DNA from: Candidatus Limnocylindrales bacterium
GTDB lineage: Bacteria > Chloroflexota > Limnocylindria > Limnocylindrales > CSP1-4
Assembly (NCBI GenBank): GCA_035703005.1
Contig: DASSZA010000125.1
Span: forward strand, 1-55,068
Direction: 5' to 3'
DNA length: 55,068 nt
Below, piece by piece: positions 33,733-42,363 of this stretch. A program made the translations under genes and the position numbers. The notes below the pieces were generated by a model. That model worked only from the letters and a program-made list of their open reading frames with translations. It was not told the DNA's origin and searched no databases. Each line of letters starts with the position of its first letter. The stretch's first letter is position 1.

Positions 33733-34380
33733 TTAGGCGTGCCGGAGCCAGGTCAGGACGGCGAGGACGCGTCGGTGGTCGTCCGGCGCCTCTTCGAGTC
33801 CGAGCTTCGAGAAGATGCTCGCGACGTGCGTCTCGACCGTCTTGTCGCCGATGACGAGCGTCGCGGCGATCGCCCGGTTCGACCGTCCTTCCGCCATCAG
33901 CGCGAGAACCTCGCGCTCGCGCGGCGTGAGCTCCGCAAGAGGATCGTGTTCGCGGCGGCGGGCCACGAGGGCGGCGACGACTGCCGGATCGATCGCGGTC
34001 CCCCCGCGCGCCACACGCTGGACCGCCTCGAGCAGGTCGTCCACGGCCGCGACGCGCTCCTTGAGCAGGTACCCGATCCCGCCGCGTCCATCGCCAAGCA
34101 GCCGGACCGCGTGTGCCGGTTCGACGGCCTGTGAAAGCACCACGACGGGCATCGGCGGCGTGCGTGCGAGCAGGGTCTCGGCCGCGATCAGGCCCTCGTC
34201 GGTGTGGGTCGGAGGCATCCGGATGTCGATGATCGCGACGTCGACGGGCGAGCGGTCGACCGCCTGCAGCAGCGCCTCGGCGTCACCCACGGACACCGCC
34301 ACGTCGAACCCGCCATCGCGCAGCACGCGCGCGATGCCCTCGCGCAGCAGGACGACGTCTTCGGCTACGGCGACGCGCAT
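33733..34380 (-). CDS. NarL/LuxR-family response regulator
   Basis: 215 aa; receiver (DVAIIDIRMPP) plus LuxR HTH (LTPREREVLALMAEGRSNRAIA). Confidence 0.9.
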   Translation of the reverse strand: MRVAVAEDVVLLREGIARVLRDGGFDVAVSVGDAEALLQAVDRSPVDVAIIDIRMPPTHTDEGLIAAETLLARTPPMPVVVLSQAVEPAHAVRLLGDGRGGIGYLLKERVAAVDDLLEAVQRVARGGTAIDPAVVAALVARRREHDPLAELTPREREVLALMAEGRSNRAIAATLVIGDKTVETHVASIFSKLGLEEAPDDHRRVLAVLTWLRHA

Positions 34381-36137
34381 GGCAGCGCGACCATCAGCCG
34401 CGTCCCCTCGCCGACCCGACTCTCGACACGCACCGTCCCGCCGAGCGCCGCGACACGGTCGTGGATCCCGGTGAGGCCGGTCCCATCGGTCGCATCGGCC
34501 CCGCCACGACCGTCATCGCTCACGTCGAGATGGAGGTGGTCGTCGGCGAGCCACGTCCGCAGGTCGATGCGGCTCGCGCCGGAATGCTTGATCGCATTGG
34601 TCAGCGCCTCGGCCGCGACGAAATACGCGGTCGCCTCGACGCTGCCTGGTAGACGTCGGTCGAGGTCGTCCGTCAGGACGACCGGCAGCGGCGCGCGATC
34701 CGCGAGCGAGCCGAGCGCTGCGCCGAGTCCGGACTCGGTGAGGATCGCCGGGTGGACGCCACGCGCAAGCTCGCGGATGTCGGCGATCGCGGCGGCTGCC
34801 TCGGCGCTGGCAGCTTCGAGCTCAGCGACCGCGGCGGGATCGGCCTCCGGCCCCAGGTCACGCCGGAGCATCTGGAGCGACAGCTGGAGTGAGACGAGTC
34901 GTTGCTGCGCACCGTCGTGAAGGTCTCGCTCGATGCGGCGCCGCTCGTCGTCCTGCGCCTCGACGATCCTGGCGCGAGACGCCGTCACCGCATCGAGCTG
35001 CGCGCGGACCTCGGCCTGGAGGCGCTCATTCTCGACCGCGAGGCGGACGGCAGCCGCGGCCGCCGAGACGAGTCCTGGGTCATCGCGAAGCGCCGGATCG
35101 TGGGCGATCAGGAGCTCCGGGGCGTCCGCGGTCCCGATGGCCAGGACGGCCCGCGCAGCCCCGTCGGCGGGTGGAGTGGCCAGCTGTCCCGCGGCATCCG
35201 TGAACGCGCCGCTTTCTGATTTCCAGCGATAGACCTCGAGCGACGGATCACCGAGAGCATCGCGCAGCGACGCTTGGAGGACCGGCAGTGGCGGCAGGCC
35301 ATCCAGGCGGACGACGAGATCGGCGATCCGGCCCTTCGCTGCGTCGTCACGCAGCACGCCGATCATGAGCGCGATGGCGACGAGGACTCGCGACAGCGCC
35401 AGCACGATCACGCGGAGCTCACCGAGTGGCTCGCGGGCGTTCGTCGGCAAGACGGTCTGCCATAGGAAGGTCACGATGAAGCTTCCCCCCAGCACGAGAC
35501 CGGCGAGCAGGACCGGCGTCTGCCGGCTCCGAGCCGCGCCGCTGGCTGATACCCAGCGTGCGGTCACCACGACGAGGAGCCCAACGCTCAGACCGGTGAG
35601 CAGGAGTGTTTCGATCCGCCCGAGCGGGTCCATCGCCGTGTACGCGGCGGTCCAGCGGTCGACGGTCGAGATGCATGTCGGGCAGTCCCACCAGGCGATC
35701 GGGCGCAGCCCGTACGCCTGGACGAGCGTCCAGGCCGCCTGGACCGCGACGAACCCGATGGCGAGCGCGCGGTCGAGGCGACGGGTGATCCGCCCCGTCG
35801 GATACGCCAGGATCACGAGCGCGAACAGCGGGTCGAACCAGCCGTGAAAGACGGTCGCGAGGTACGAGACGACCGCGACGTCCGAGTTCGTGAAGTCCCC
35901 GAGGAACCAGGCGAAGCCGGTGAGGATCGCGAGCGGCCCGATCCGGTTGCCCGGCCGGCGGTCGGCGATGATGAGACCCGCCGCGATCATCGACCACCCG
36001 ACGGCGACGTCCGCGAGCAGGAGCGCAGGGCTCCGCTCGGCGGTCCGCGTGAGCTGGTACGCGGCGAACGGCCCGAAGACCAGTGCGACGATGCCGATCG
36101 CCGCGAGGACGAGCCGGCGTCGACCGTCGCTCAGCAT
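34365..36137 (-). CDS. Sensor histidine kinase (HisKA_3/NarX-like) with multi-TM N-terminal sensor
   Basis: 590 aa; H-box ERRRIERDLHDGAQQ, ATPase motifs ALTNAIKHSGA and DDGRGG...GTGLTGI; at least 7 hydrophobic helices. Confidence 0.85.
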   Translation of the reverse strand: MLSDGRRRLVLAAIGIVALVFGPFAAYQLTRTAERSPALLLADVAVGWSMIAAGLIIADRRPGNRIGPLAILTGFAWFLGDFTNSDVAVVSYLATVFHGWFDPLFALVILAYPTGRITRRLDRALAIGFVAVQAAWTLVQAYGLRPIAWWDCPTCISTVDRWTAAYTAMDPLGRIETLLLTGLSVGLLVVVTARWVSASGAARSRQTPVLLAGLVLGGSFIVTFLWQTVLPTNAREPLGELRVIVLALSRVLVAIALMIGVLRDDAAKGRIADLVVRLDGLPPLPVLQASLRDALGDPSLEVYRWKSESGAFTDAAGQLATPPADGAARAVLAIGTADAPELLIAHDPALRDDPGLVSAAAAAVRLAVENERLQAEVRAQLDAVTASRARIVEAQDDERRRIERDLHDGAQQRLVSLQLSLQMLRRDLGPEADPAAVAELEAASAEAAAAIADIRELARGVHPAILTESGLGAALGSLADRAPLPVVLTDDLDRRLPGSVEATAYFVAAEALTNAIKHSGASRIDLRTWLADDHLHLDVSDDGRGGADATDGTGLTGIHDRVAALGGTVRVESRVGEGTRLMVALPCASP

Positions 36138-36499
36138 GGCGCGAGCCCCAGGAGCGAGCGAAGTGCCGTCCCATCGAGCTCCTGCTTTGCCACGAACGCG
36201 GCGGCCGGACTCGATCGCACCCGCTCGCGATACGTCTCGGGATCGCGACTCGAGATCAGCACGATCGAGGGCGGGTCGGCGCTGGCCGCGAGCCGCTCGG
36301 CGACGTCGAATCCGTCGACGTCAGGCAGGCCGATGTCGAGGAGCACGACGTCTGGCTCGAGCGAGGCGGCGGCAGCGAGCCCCGTCCGGCCGTCAGCCGC
36401 CTCGCCCACCACCGCCCAGCCGTCGCGCTCGAGGAGCCGTCGCGCCGTCGCACGGAATCCGCCGTGGTCGTCGATGACGAGGATGGTCGGTCGGCTCAT
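36131..36499 (-). CDS. Stand-alone receiver-domain (CheY-like) protein
   Basis: ORF 36131..36514 trimmed to ATG 36497-36499 (ATGA overlap with upstream stop): MSRPTILVIDDH...DVVLLDIGLPDVDG. Confidence 0.8.
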   Translation of the reverse strand: MSRPTILVIDDHGGFRATARRLLERDGWAVVGEAADGRTGLAAAASLEPDVVLLDIGLPDVDGFDVAERLAASADPPSIVLISSRDPETYRERVRSSPAAAFVAKQELDGTALRSLLGLAPC

Positions 36500-36942
36500 G
36501 GCACGCGAACCCACGGCTGGCGATCGAGCATCGCGAAGAACTCGGCATCCCCAGGATCGTCCGAGTGCTCGAAGGTCGTCATCAGGCGGTCGCCATCGAG
36601 CTTCCAGTGATGCTGCGTGTCGCTCCAGAACGGCGGAAAGTCGAGGCTGATCGACAACAGATCACCGTCGACCGTGTAGTGCCCACGCGCCGGGCCGGTC
36701 TCGATCGTCTGCCCGGCGGTCGCCTCCGGCACCTCCGCCCAGTTCCCGTCCGCGTCGAAGACCCACGACAGGCGCATCGGTCCGAACTCGGGGTCGTCGA
36801 AGGACTTCTCGAAGACGCCCGTCGGGAAGCCGTCGGGCCGGAGGCCGGCCGGCGGAGGCGCATCACCGAGAGCGCAGCCGCCCACGGCGATCACGATCGC
36901 GATGACCGTGATGAGGGGCGCGCGGCCGTTCCGACGGTCCAT
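36496..36942 (-). CDS. Small lipoprotein, unknown function
   Basis: ORF 36496..38250 trimmed to ATG 36940-36942: MDRRNGRAPLITVIAIVIAVGGCALG (lipobox AVGGC); -10 TATCGT 7 nt upstream. Confidence 0.65.
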   Translation of the reverse strand: MDRRNGRAPLITVIAIVIAVGGCALGDAPPPAGLRPDGFPTGVFEKSFDDPEFGPMRLSWVFDADGNWAEVPEATAGQTIETGPARGHYTVDGDLLSISLDFPPFWSDTQHHWKLDGDRLMTTFEHSDDPGDAEFFAMLDRQPWVRVP

Positions 36943-36949
36943 GGCCGGA

Positions 36950-36955
36950 ACGATA
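36950..36955 (-). promoter_or_regulatory. -10 box TATCGT, 7 nt before ATG 36942 (lipoprotein / two-component operon)
   Basis: Minus strand TATCGT-tccggcc-ATG. Confidence 0.4.
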
Positions 36956-37089
36956 CGGCCCGTCCGTGCGCGCTCCATCCGGGTCCACCCGGAGATCGAT
37001 TCCCACGTCTGCCCCGATGGCAGGAGCGACCCGTCCCACGACGCTGTCCGCACCGGCATCCCCGCCGGGCGAGCCAGGAGGGCAAGATC

Positions 37090-38016
37090 ATGGGTCCCCG
37101 CAGCTGGCGCCTGGTCGGCGCCATCGCCATCGCGAGCGTTGTTGGTGCGTGTGCCGGTGGGCAGGCGGCGCCGTCGAGCGCACCGTCTATTGCCGCCTCG
37201 CCGAGCGCGAGCGCCGAAGCTCGCGACTGGATCCGCGACATCGATGTCGGCGGGCGAACGCTGAGCGTCGCCTGCGTCGGCCCGACGGACGCCGGCCGAC
37301 CGACCGTGATCTTCGAGGGGGGCCTTGGCGGTGATCGCCGAGAATGGGGCGACGTCCTCACGGCCCTCCTGGCCACCGATCGCGGTTGCAGTTACGACCG
37401 GGCGGGTCTCGGGCTGTCGCAGCCGGCGCCGAAGCCCCGAACCACAGAGGATCAGGTCGATGATCTCCACTCGCTGCTGGCCGCGGCTGGCCTGAAGCCA
37501 CCGTATGTCCTGGTGGGGCACTCGCTGGGTGGCTGGAACGCGATGGTCTACGGGGGTCGCTATCCCGACGACGTCGCCGGCGTCGTCATGGTCGACGTTC
37601 GGCCACCCGCCTTCAGCAAGGAGTCGGCTGCTGCCCTGCCGAAGGAGACGGCCGGCGAATCCGATGCACTGCACCAGGCTCGAGCCGAGGCTGACTTCGA
37701 GAAGGACCCGCTGAAGAACCCCGAGGGGCTGGACCTGATCAAGAGCGCGGCGCAAGCGGAAGCGACGCCTGGGTTCGGCGCTCTGCCGCTGATCGTCCTG
37801 ACCGCCGGCGATCGGGTGGCCGTGACCGAGGGCCTCCCGCCGACGGTCGCCAAGGACGTCGACGCCATCTGGATGAAGCTGCAGACGGGCCTGGTCGGGC
37901 TGTCGAAGAATGGCCGTCAGGAGATCGTCGAGGGTGCCACCCATGACATGCCGGCCGAGAAGCCCGATGTCGTCGTGAAGGCGATCCAGGACGTGCTTGG
38001 CGAGGCCGCGGGCTGA
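37090..38016 (+). CDS. Secreted/lipoprotein alpha/beta hydrolase
   Basis: ORF 36565..38016 trimmed to ATG 37090 (GGAGGG upstream); signal ...ASVVGACAGG; nucleophile elbow VLVGHSLGG. Confidence 0.8.
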   Translation: MGPRSWRLVGAIAIASVVGACAGGQAAPSSAPSIAASPSASAEARDWIRDIDVGGRTLSVACVGPTDAGRPTVIFEGGLGGDRREWGDVLTALLATDRGCSYDRAGLGLSQPAPKPRTTEDQVDDLHSLLAAAGLKPPYVLVGHSLGGWNAMVYGGRYPDDVAGVVMVDVRPPAFSKESAAALPKETAGESDALHQARAEADFEKDPLKNPEGLDLIKSAAQAEATPGFGALPLIVLTAGDRVAVTEGLPPTVAKDVDAIWMKLQTGLVGLSKNGRQEIVEGATHDMPAEKPDVVVKAIQDVLGEAAG

Positions 38017-38071
38017 GATCCCGCCGCCCCTCCTGCGCCAGTCGCCGGCCCGTGGACCTGTCCCGGGCCGG

Positions 38072-38077
38072 TAGACT
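38072..38077 (+). promoter_or_regulatory. -10 box TAGACT (CGGTAGACTGGG) upstream of guaA, about 40-nt leader with GGAGGG
   Basis: Read directly. Confidence 0.4.
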
Positions 38078-38122
38078 GGGTCTCGGCGGATCAACGATCG
38101 CGGAGGGCGGAATAATCTCGCG

Positions 38123-39913
38123 ATGACGAAGGTGGCGGGAGCGGACACCGAAGAGTCCGGATCGACGGGGCCGGCTGACGCGCCAGCGCCGGCCCGGGTC
38201 GATCCACAACGGCGCGACCGCGGCAAGACCGTGCACGGGGAGCCCGCCAACGCCGGACATCGCGTCCTCGCGCCCGATGACGCCGAGGTCGAGGCCTATC
38301 TCGAGACCGCGTTGCACGCGCCCGCACCGGATCGGGCGACCGACGGAACGACGACAGGCCCCGTTGCTGTCCTCGATTTCGGAAGCCAGTTCGCCCAGCT
38401 CATCGCCCGACGGATCCGCGAACTCGACGTGTATTCCGAGCTCCTGCCGCACGACACGTCGTACGCCGAGCTGGAGCGCCGAGGAACGCGCGCGATCATC
38501 CTGTCGGGCGGTCCCGCCTCCGTCTACGACGCGGGCGCCCCGAAGCCCGATCCTGCCGTGTGGTCGGGCCGGATACCCGTCCTTGGCATCTGCTACGGCG
38601 CACAGCTGATGGCCCACGAGCTTGGCGGTGACGTCCTCGCTACCGGGAAGCGGGAATACGGACCAGCGAGTGTGCAGCTCGACACGACCGACGGCCTCTT
38701 CCAGGGCCTCGATCGCGACCAGCCCGTCTGGATGAGTCACGGCGACTCGATCACGCGCCTACCCGACGGCTTCGTGTCGACGGCTCAGACCGACTCGACG
38801 CCGTTCGCGGGGCTCGAGGCGGCCGAGCGCAATCTGTACGGGATCCAGTTCCACCCCGAGGTCGCCCACACGCCGCGCGGCAAGGACGTGCTGCGCAACT
38901 TCGTCCAGGGCATCGCCGGCATCGAGCCGTCATGGACCGCCACGAACTTCATCGAAACGACCGTCACCGGGATCCGCGACCGCGTCAATGGGCACGCGAC
39001 CGAGACCGGTTCCGAGGGCAAGGTCATCTGCGCGCTGTCCGGGGGCGTCGACTCGGCGGTCGCGGCGGCGCTCGTGCATCGAGCGGTCGGTGATCGATTG
39101 ACCTGCATCTACGTCGACCACGGGCTGATGCGGAAGAAGGAATCGGAGCTCCTGCGTCAGACGTTCGAGCAGAACCTCGGCATGCAGCTCGTCATGGTCG
39201 ATGCCCGCGAGCGGTTCCTCGCGAGGCTTGCGGGGGTCGAGGATCCCGAGCAGAAGCGACGCATCATCGGCGACGAGTTCATCCGCGTCTTCGAGGAAGA
39301 GGCGTCGAAGCTCGGACGCATCGACTTCCTGACCCAGGGCACGCTCTACCCGGACGTGATCGAGAGCGCGACGGCCGAGACCAAGGCCGCACAGAAGATC
39401 AAGACGCATCACAACGTCGGTGGACTGCCCGCCGATCTGCGCTTCCAGCTGATCGAACCGCTGCGCTACCTCTTCAAGGACGAAGTCCGCAAGGTCGGCC
39501 TGGAGCTCGGGCTGCCCGAGGCGATGGTGCTGCGCCAGCCATTCCCGGGACCCGGCCTCGCGATCCGGATCATCGGCGAGGTCACCGCCGAGCGACTTGA
39601 CACGCTCCGGGAGGCCGACTGGATCGTCATCGACGAGATCAAGGCCGCGAACCTGTACCGGAGCCTGTGGCAGAGCTTCGCGATCCTCACGCCCGTGCGA
39701 TCGGTCGGCGTGATGGGCGACGGCCGAACGTACGCGAACGTCGTCGCGATCCGGGCGGTCACGTCGGAGGACGGGATGACGGCCGACTGGGCCAAGCTCC
39801 CATACGACGTCCTCGGGAAGATCAGCAGCCGGATCGTGAACGAGGTCCCGGGCGTCAACCGGGTCGTATACGACATCTCGTCGAAACCACCCGCGACGAT
39901 CGAGTGGGAGTAG
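38123..39913 (+). CDS. guaA: GMP synthase (glutamine-hydrolysing) with about 80-aa N-terminal extension
   Basis: [56 protein letters not shown]-terminal ATIEWE; ATG 38123 preceded by GGAGGG (38102-38107). Confidence 0.9.
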   Translation: MTKVAGADTEESGSTGPADAPAPARVDPQRRDRGKTVHGEPANAGHRVLAPDDAEVEAYLETALHAPAPDRATDGTTTGPVAVLDFGSQFAQLIARRIRELDVYSELLPHDTSYAELERRGTRAIILSGGPASVYDAGAPKPDPAVWSGRIPVLGICYGAQLMAHELGGDVLATGKREYGPASVQLDTTDGLFQGLDRDQPVWMSHGDSITRLPDGFVSTAQTDSTPFAGLEAAERNLYGIQFHPEVAHTPRGKDVLRNFVQGIAGIEPSWTATNFIETTVTGIRDRVNGHATETGSEGKVICALSGGVDSAVAAALVHRAVGDRLTCIYVDHGLMRKKESELLRQTFEQNLGMQLVMVDARERFLARLAGVEDPEQKRRIIGDEFIRVFEEEASKLGRIDFLTQGTLYPDVIESATAETKAAQKIKTHHNVGGLPADLRFQLIEPLRYLFKDEVRKVGLELGLPEAMVLRQPFPGPGLAIRIIGEVTAERLDTLREADWIVIDEIKAANLYRSLWQSFAILTPVRSVGVMGDGRTYANVVAIRAVTSEDGMTADWAKLPYDVLGKISSRIVNEVPGVNRVVYDISSKPPATIEWE

Positions 39914-39957
39914 GGCTCGCGAGGGCTGGGGCCGCGCCGACATGGGGTAAGGGCGCG

Positions 39958-39997
39958 AGCGCCTAGGGTGAGCCGCCAGCGCCCAGGGTGAGCCGCG
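39958..39997. repeat. Tandem 20-bp repeat x2: AGCGCC(T/C)AGGGTGAGCCGC(C/G)
   Basis: 39958-39977 and 39978-39997, 2 mismatches. Confidence 0.85.
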
Positions 39998-40037
39998 CCG
40001 GGCGATGCATATCCAAGTCCAGGCGCGACCTCTTCGG

Positions 40038-40060
40038 TTGATGCACTTTGCCGGCATCAA
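40038..40060 (+). other. Hairpin/inverted repeat TTGATGC-N9-GCATCAA in the guaA-40300 gap
   Basis: 7-bp perfect arms. Confidence 0.4.
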
Positions 40061-40286
40061 TGGGGCGTTAGCGGGCTGACGCCAGATCCCTGACGAGGTG
40101 CGACGCGGCCTGCGACGCGTCCGATATGCAGGGGACGTGCATCACGCGCAGTCGGTCCGCCGGCCCTGGGGATGTATGCATCGGAGCGAACCGCCCGCTG
40201 GACATCCGCGCCCTGCCCGCCCGCGCAGGCCCCGGTACCGCGCGGACCCCGGACCGATGGGGTATTCCGGCGGGATGACCGCGCGG

Positions 40287-40292
40287 TAGCAT
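40287..40292 (+). promoter_or_regulatory. -10 box TAGCAT (CGGTAGCAT), 7 nt before ATG 40300
   Basis: TAGCAT-tccgccc-ATG. Confidence 0.4.
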
Positions 40293-40299
40293 TCCGCCC

Positions 40300-40833
40300 A
40301 TGGTCGACGACACGCGTTCGACCGAGCCGGCGGCGTCCGTCTGCCCCTGGTGCTCGGCGACGTACACGGGTGAGCCTGAGACATGCCCTTCGTGTGGTGC
40401 CGCACTGGCCGTCGATCCCACGACGGATGCGGCACTGCCCGGTCTGACGGCGATCGACGCCGCCGCGATCGTCCGTGCCAAGACCCCCGTGGCACGGCCG
40501 CGGAGCCGCCTGCTGTCGTGGATCAGCGGCGAATACCCGGACGAGACGCCGAGTGCCGCCGATGCCGGCGCGCTCGCCCCGCCCGACGCGGAGGTGCGCC
40601 GCGAGATGCTGCGGCTCGCGCTCGAAGCGGAAGTAGCGAACCTCCAGGCTGAGGCTGACGCACTCATCGCCGAGGCGACCGTCGAAGGTCGCGCTCCAGA
40701 GGCGACCGCGGAAGACGTGGCAGCAGCCAACGCGGTCGTCGCGGATCTCAAGGAGGTCAGTGCCGAGCTCGACGACGTCGACGAGGCGCTCGATTCCGAC
40801 CCGCTGACCGACGGGGACCGCCAACCGGCCTGA
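40300..40833 (+). CDS. Zinc-ribbon protein with acidic helical tail, unknown function
   Basis: 177 aa; CPWC-x10-CPSC; G/C-rich third positions; -10 TAGCAT 7 nt upstream. Confidence 0.6.
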   Translation: MVDDTRSTEPAASVCPWCSATYTGEPETCPSCGAALAVDPTTDAALPGLTAIDAAAIVRAKTPVARPRSRLLSWISGEYPDETPSAADAGALAPPDAEVRREMLRLALEAEVANLQAEADALIAEATVEGRAPEATAEDVAAANAVVADLKEVSAELDDVDEALDSDPLTDGDRQPA

Positions 40834-40847
40834 TCCCGACGGCCGCG

Positions 40848-40853
40848 TAGACT
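40848..40853 (+). promoter_or_regulatory. -10 box TAGACT, 7 nt before GTG 40861
   Basis: TAGACT-tgcggcc-GTG. Confidence 0.4.
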
Positions 40854-40860
40854 TGCGGCC

Positions 40861-41319
40861 GTGCCCGATCGCCTCCCGCCGCCAGGGCCATCGTTCCTGC
40901 GCGAGCACGAAGTCCGCATCGGCGATCGCGTGCTCCGTGCAGGGATGGCACGTCCAGCCGAGGCGCCGGACGGGTGGTGGGTGGCGCTCATGTGGGTCAC
41001 CGACGACGACGGGGTCGTCAGCTTCCGCGACGTCGCTCCGGCTTCTGGGCCACCGCCGGATCCGCCCCTCGCCCGCCTTGGCCCCGCGCTGTCGGGGGCA
41101 CTCTCCGGGTTCATCCTCGAGGACGCGGGTCGGCTCCAGATGCGCGTCGGGATGCTCGTGCCCCCTGCCGACCCGGAACGGACGTGGCGTGCCCCGCTGG
41201 CGGTCCGTGCGGCATTCCGGTTCGAACCTGCGCGCGCGGCGACGATGCGCGCGAACGAGCTCGCGGACACGGTCCTCGGCGCCTTCCGTCGCTCGGTCGA
41301 GGCCCTCCACCGGCCGTAG
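40861..41319 (+). CDS. Hypothetical protein
   Basis: 152 aa, GTG start 7 nt after TAGACT box; no recognisable motif. Confidence 0.5.
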   Translation: MPDRLPPPGPSFLREHEVRIGDRVLRAGMARPAEAPDGWWVALMWVTDDDGVVSFRDVAPASGPPPDPPLARLGPALSGALSGFILEDAGRLQMRVGMLVPPADPERTWRAPLAVRAAFRFEPARAATMRANELADTVLGAFRRSVEALHRP

Positions 41320-41334
41320 GGTCGGGGACACGCC

Positions 41335-42288
41335 GTGGGAATCGGCGCGACGGCCGTCGCAGCCTTGCTCGCCGTCCTCGAGCGCCCAGTGACCTGGCTG
41401 CTCGCTCTCGTCGGTTTCCTCGTTCGCGGTGGCTCGCTGGTCGTCCTGGCACCGATCGTCGTGCTACCGACCGCGGTCGGGCTGGCGAACGTCGTAGCAC
41501 CACTCGTCGAGGACATCGCCTTCGGGCGACGGACGGACGAGGTCATCACGGCAGGCCTCATGACGCTGGTGGTCGGCCTCGTCTGGCTGATCGGTGGCGG
41601 ACTGCTCGCCGCCGCCGCCGAGGTCGAGGGGGTTCGACGGACCATCGAGGGGCTGGGCGACCCGCCGCCCCGAGACGCGTTGCCGCACCCGGTCTGGCGC
41701 GTCCTCGCTGTGCGGTCCGTGACACTGGTCCCGCTGGCCATCGCCCTCGCGTGGAGCGGGTTCCGGCTCGTCTCGGTCGGCTATCGCGAGCTCACGGTCC
41801 CGTCGGATGTCGCGACCCCGATCTCGTTCCGGATCCTCGTCGGGGCCCCGGACGCCATCCTCGCGATCGTGCTCACGTGGCTGTTCGCCGAGATCGCGGG
41901 TGGGCTCGCGGCGAGGCGGATCGTCCTCGATGGCGCCAACGTACGTACCGCGGTCCGTACGTCGCTTCGCGATCTCAGGCGCGACGGGGGGCGCCTCGTC
42001 GTCCTTGCGCTGCTATCCGCGGTCGTGCTCGTCGCGACGACGGCGGTCACCGGGATCGCCACGGGCACGGTGTGGGACGGCCTACGAGCCGCTCTGGCCG
42101 ACCGCGATCTCACGTTCGGCGCCGTCGCGCGGCTCGTGCTGTTCGTGGGCCTCTTCGCGGCAAGTCTGGTGATCCTCGGACTGACGACGGCGTGGCGATC
42201 CGCCGTGTGGACCGTCGTGGTCGCACGCGACGGCGGCCCGGCGGCTGGGACGTTCGGGGGAGGCACGGGCACCCGGTCGGGTGACTAG
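41335..42288 (+). CDS. Polytopic membrane protein, unknown function
   Basis: 317 aa, GTG start; at least 6 hydrophobic helices. Confidence 0.55.
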   Translation: MGIGATAVAALLAVLERPVTWLLALVGFLVRGGSLVVLAPIVVLPTAVGLANVVAPLVEDIAFGRRTDEVITAGLMTLVVGLVWLIGGGLLAAAAEVEGVRRTIEGLGDPPPRDALPHPVWRVLAVRSVTLVPLAIALAWSGFRLVSVGYRELTVPSDVATPISFRILVGAPDAILAIVLTWLFAEIAGGLAARRIVLDGANVRTAVRTSLRDLRRDGGRLVVLALLSAVVLVATTAVTGIATGTVWDGLRAALADRDLTFGAVARLVLFVGLFAASLVILGLTTAWRSAVWTVVVARDGGPAAGTFGGGTGTRSGD

Positions 42289-42321
42289 AACCGCTTCGGA
42301 CCGTCTGTCAGCCTGAGCCAC

Positions 42322-42346
42322 CTTCGACCCGCGGGGAGGGTCGAGG
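42322..42346 (+). terminator. Hairpin CTTCGACCC-GCGGGGA-GGGTCGAGG (9-bp stem with one G-U) between genes 41335-42288 and 42364-43692
   Basis: Read directly; no U-tract. Confidence 0.3.
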
Positions 42347-42363
42347 CGTACACGAGGTAACGG

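Noticed and set aside
33733-36499. Detocs-like defence system (kinase plus buffer receiver plus effector regulator)
   Set aside because: The output regulator is an ordinary LuxR-type DNA-binding protein and the kinase is a membrane NarX-like sensor. No nucleosidase or other effector domain is present.
39914-40299. tRNA gene or small protein gene (for example the 24-codon ORF starting at ATG 40006) in the guaA downstream gap
   Set aside because: There are no cloverleaf or T-loop motifs. The tiny ORF has mixed third-position composition and no translation signals.
40068-41741. 557-aa (and overlapping 424-aa) minus-strand ORFs spanning three plus-strand genes
   Set aside because: The products are Ser/Arg/Ala-rich with no domain signal. 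The plus-strand genes have strong GC3 bias, zinc-ribbon motifs and their own -10 boxes.
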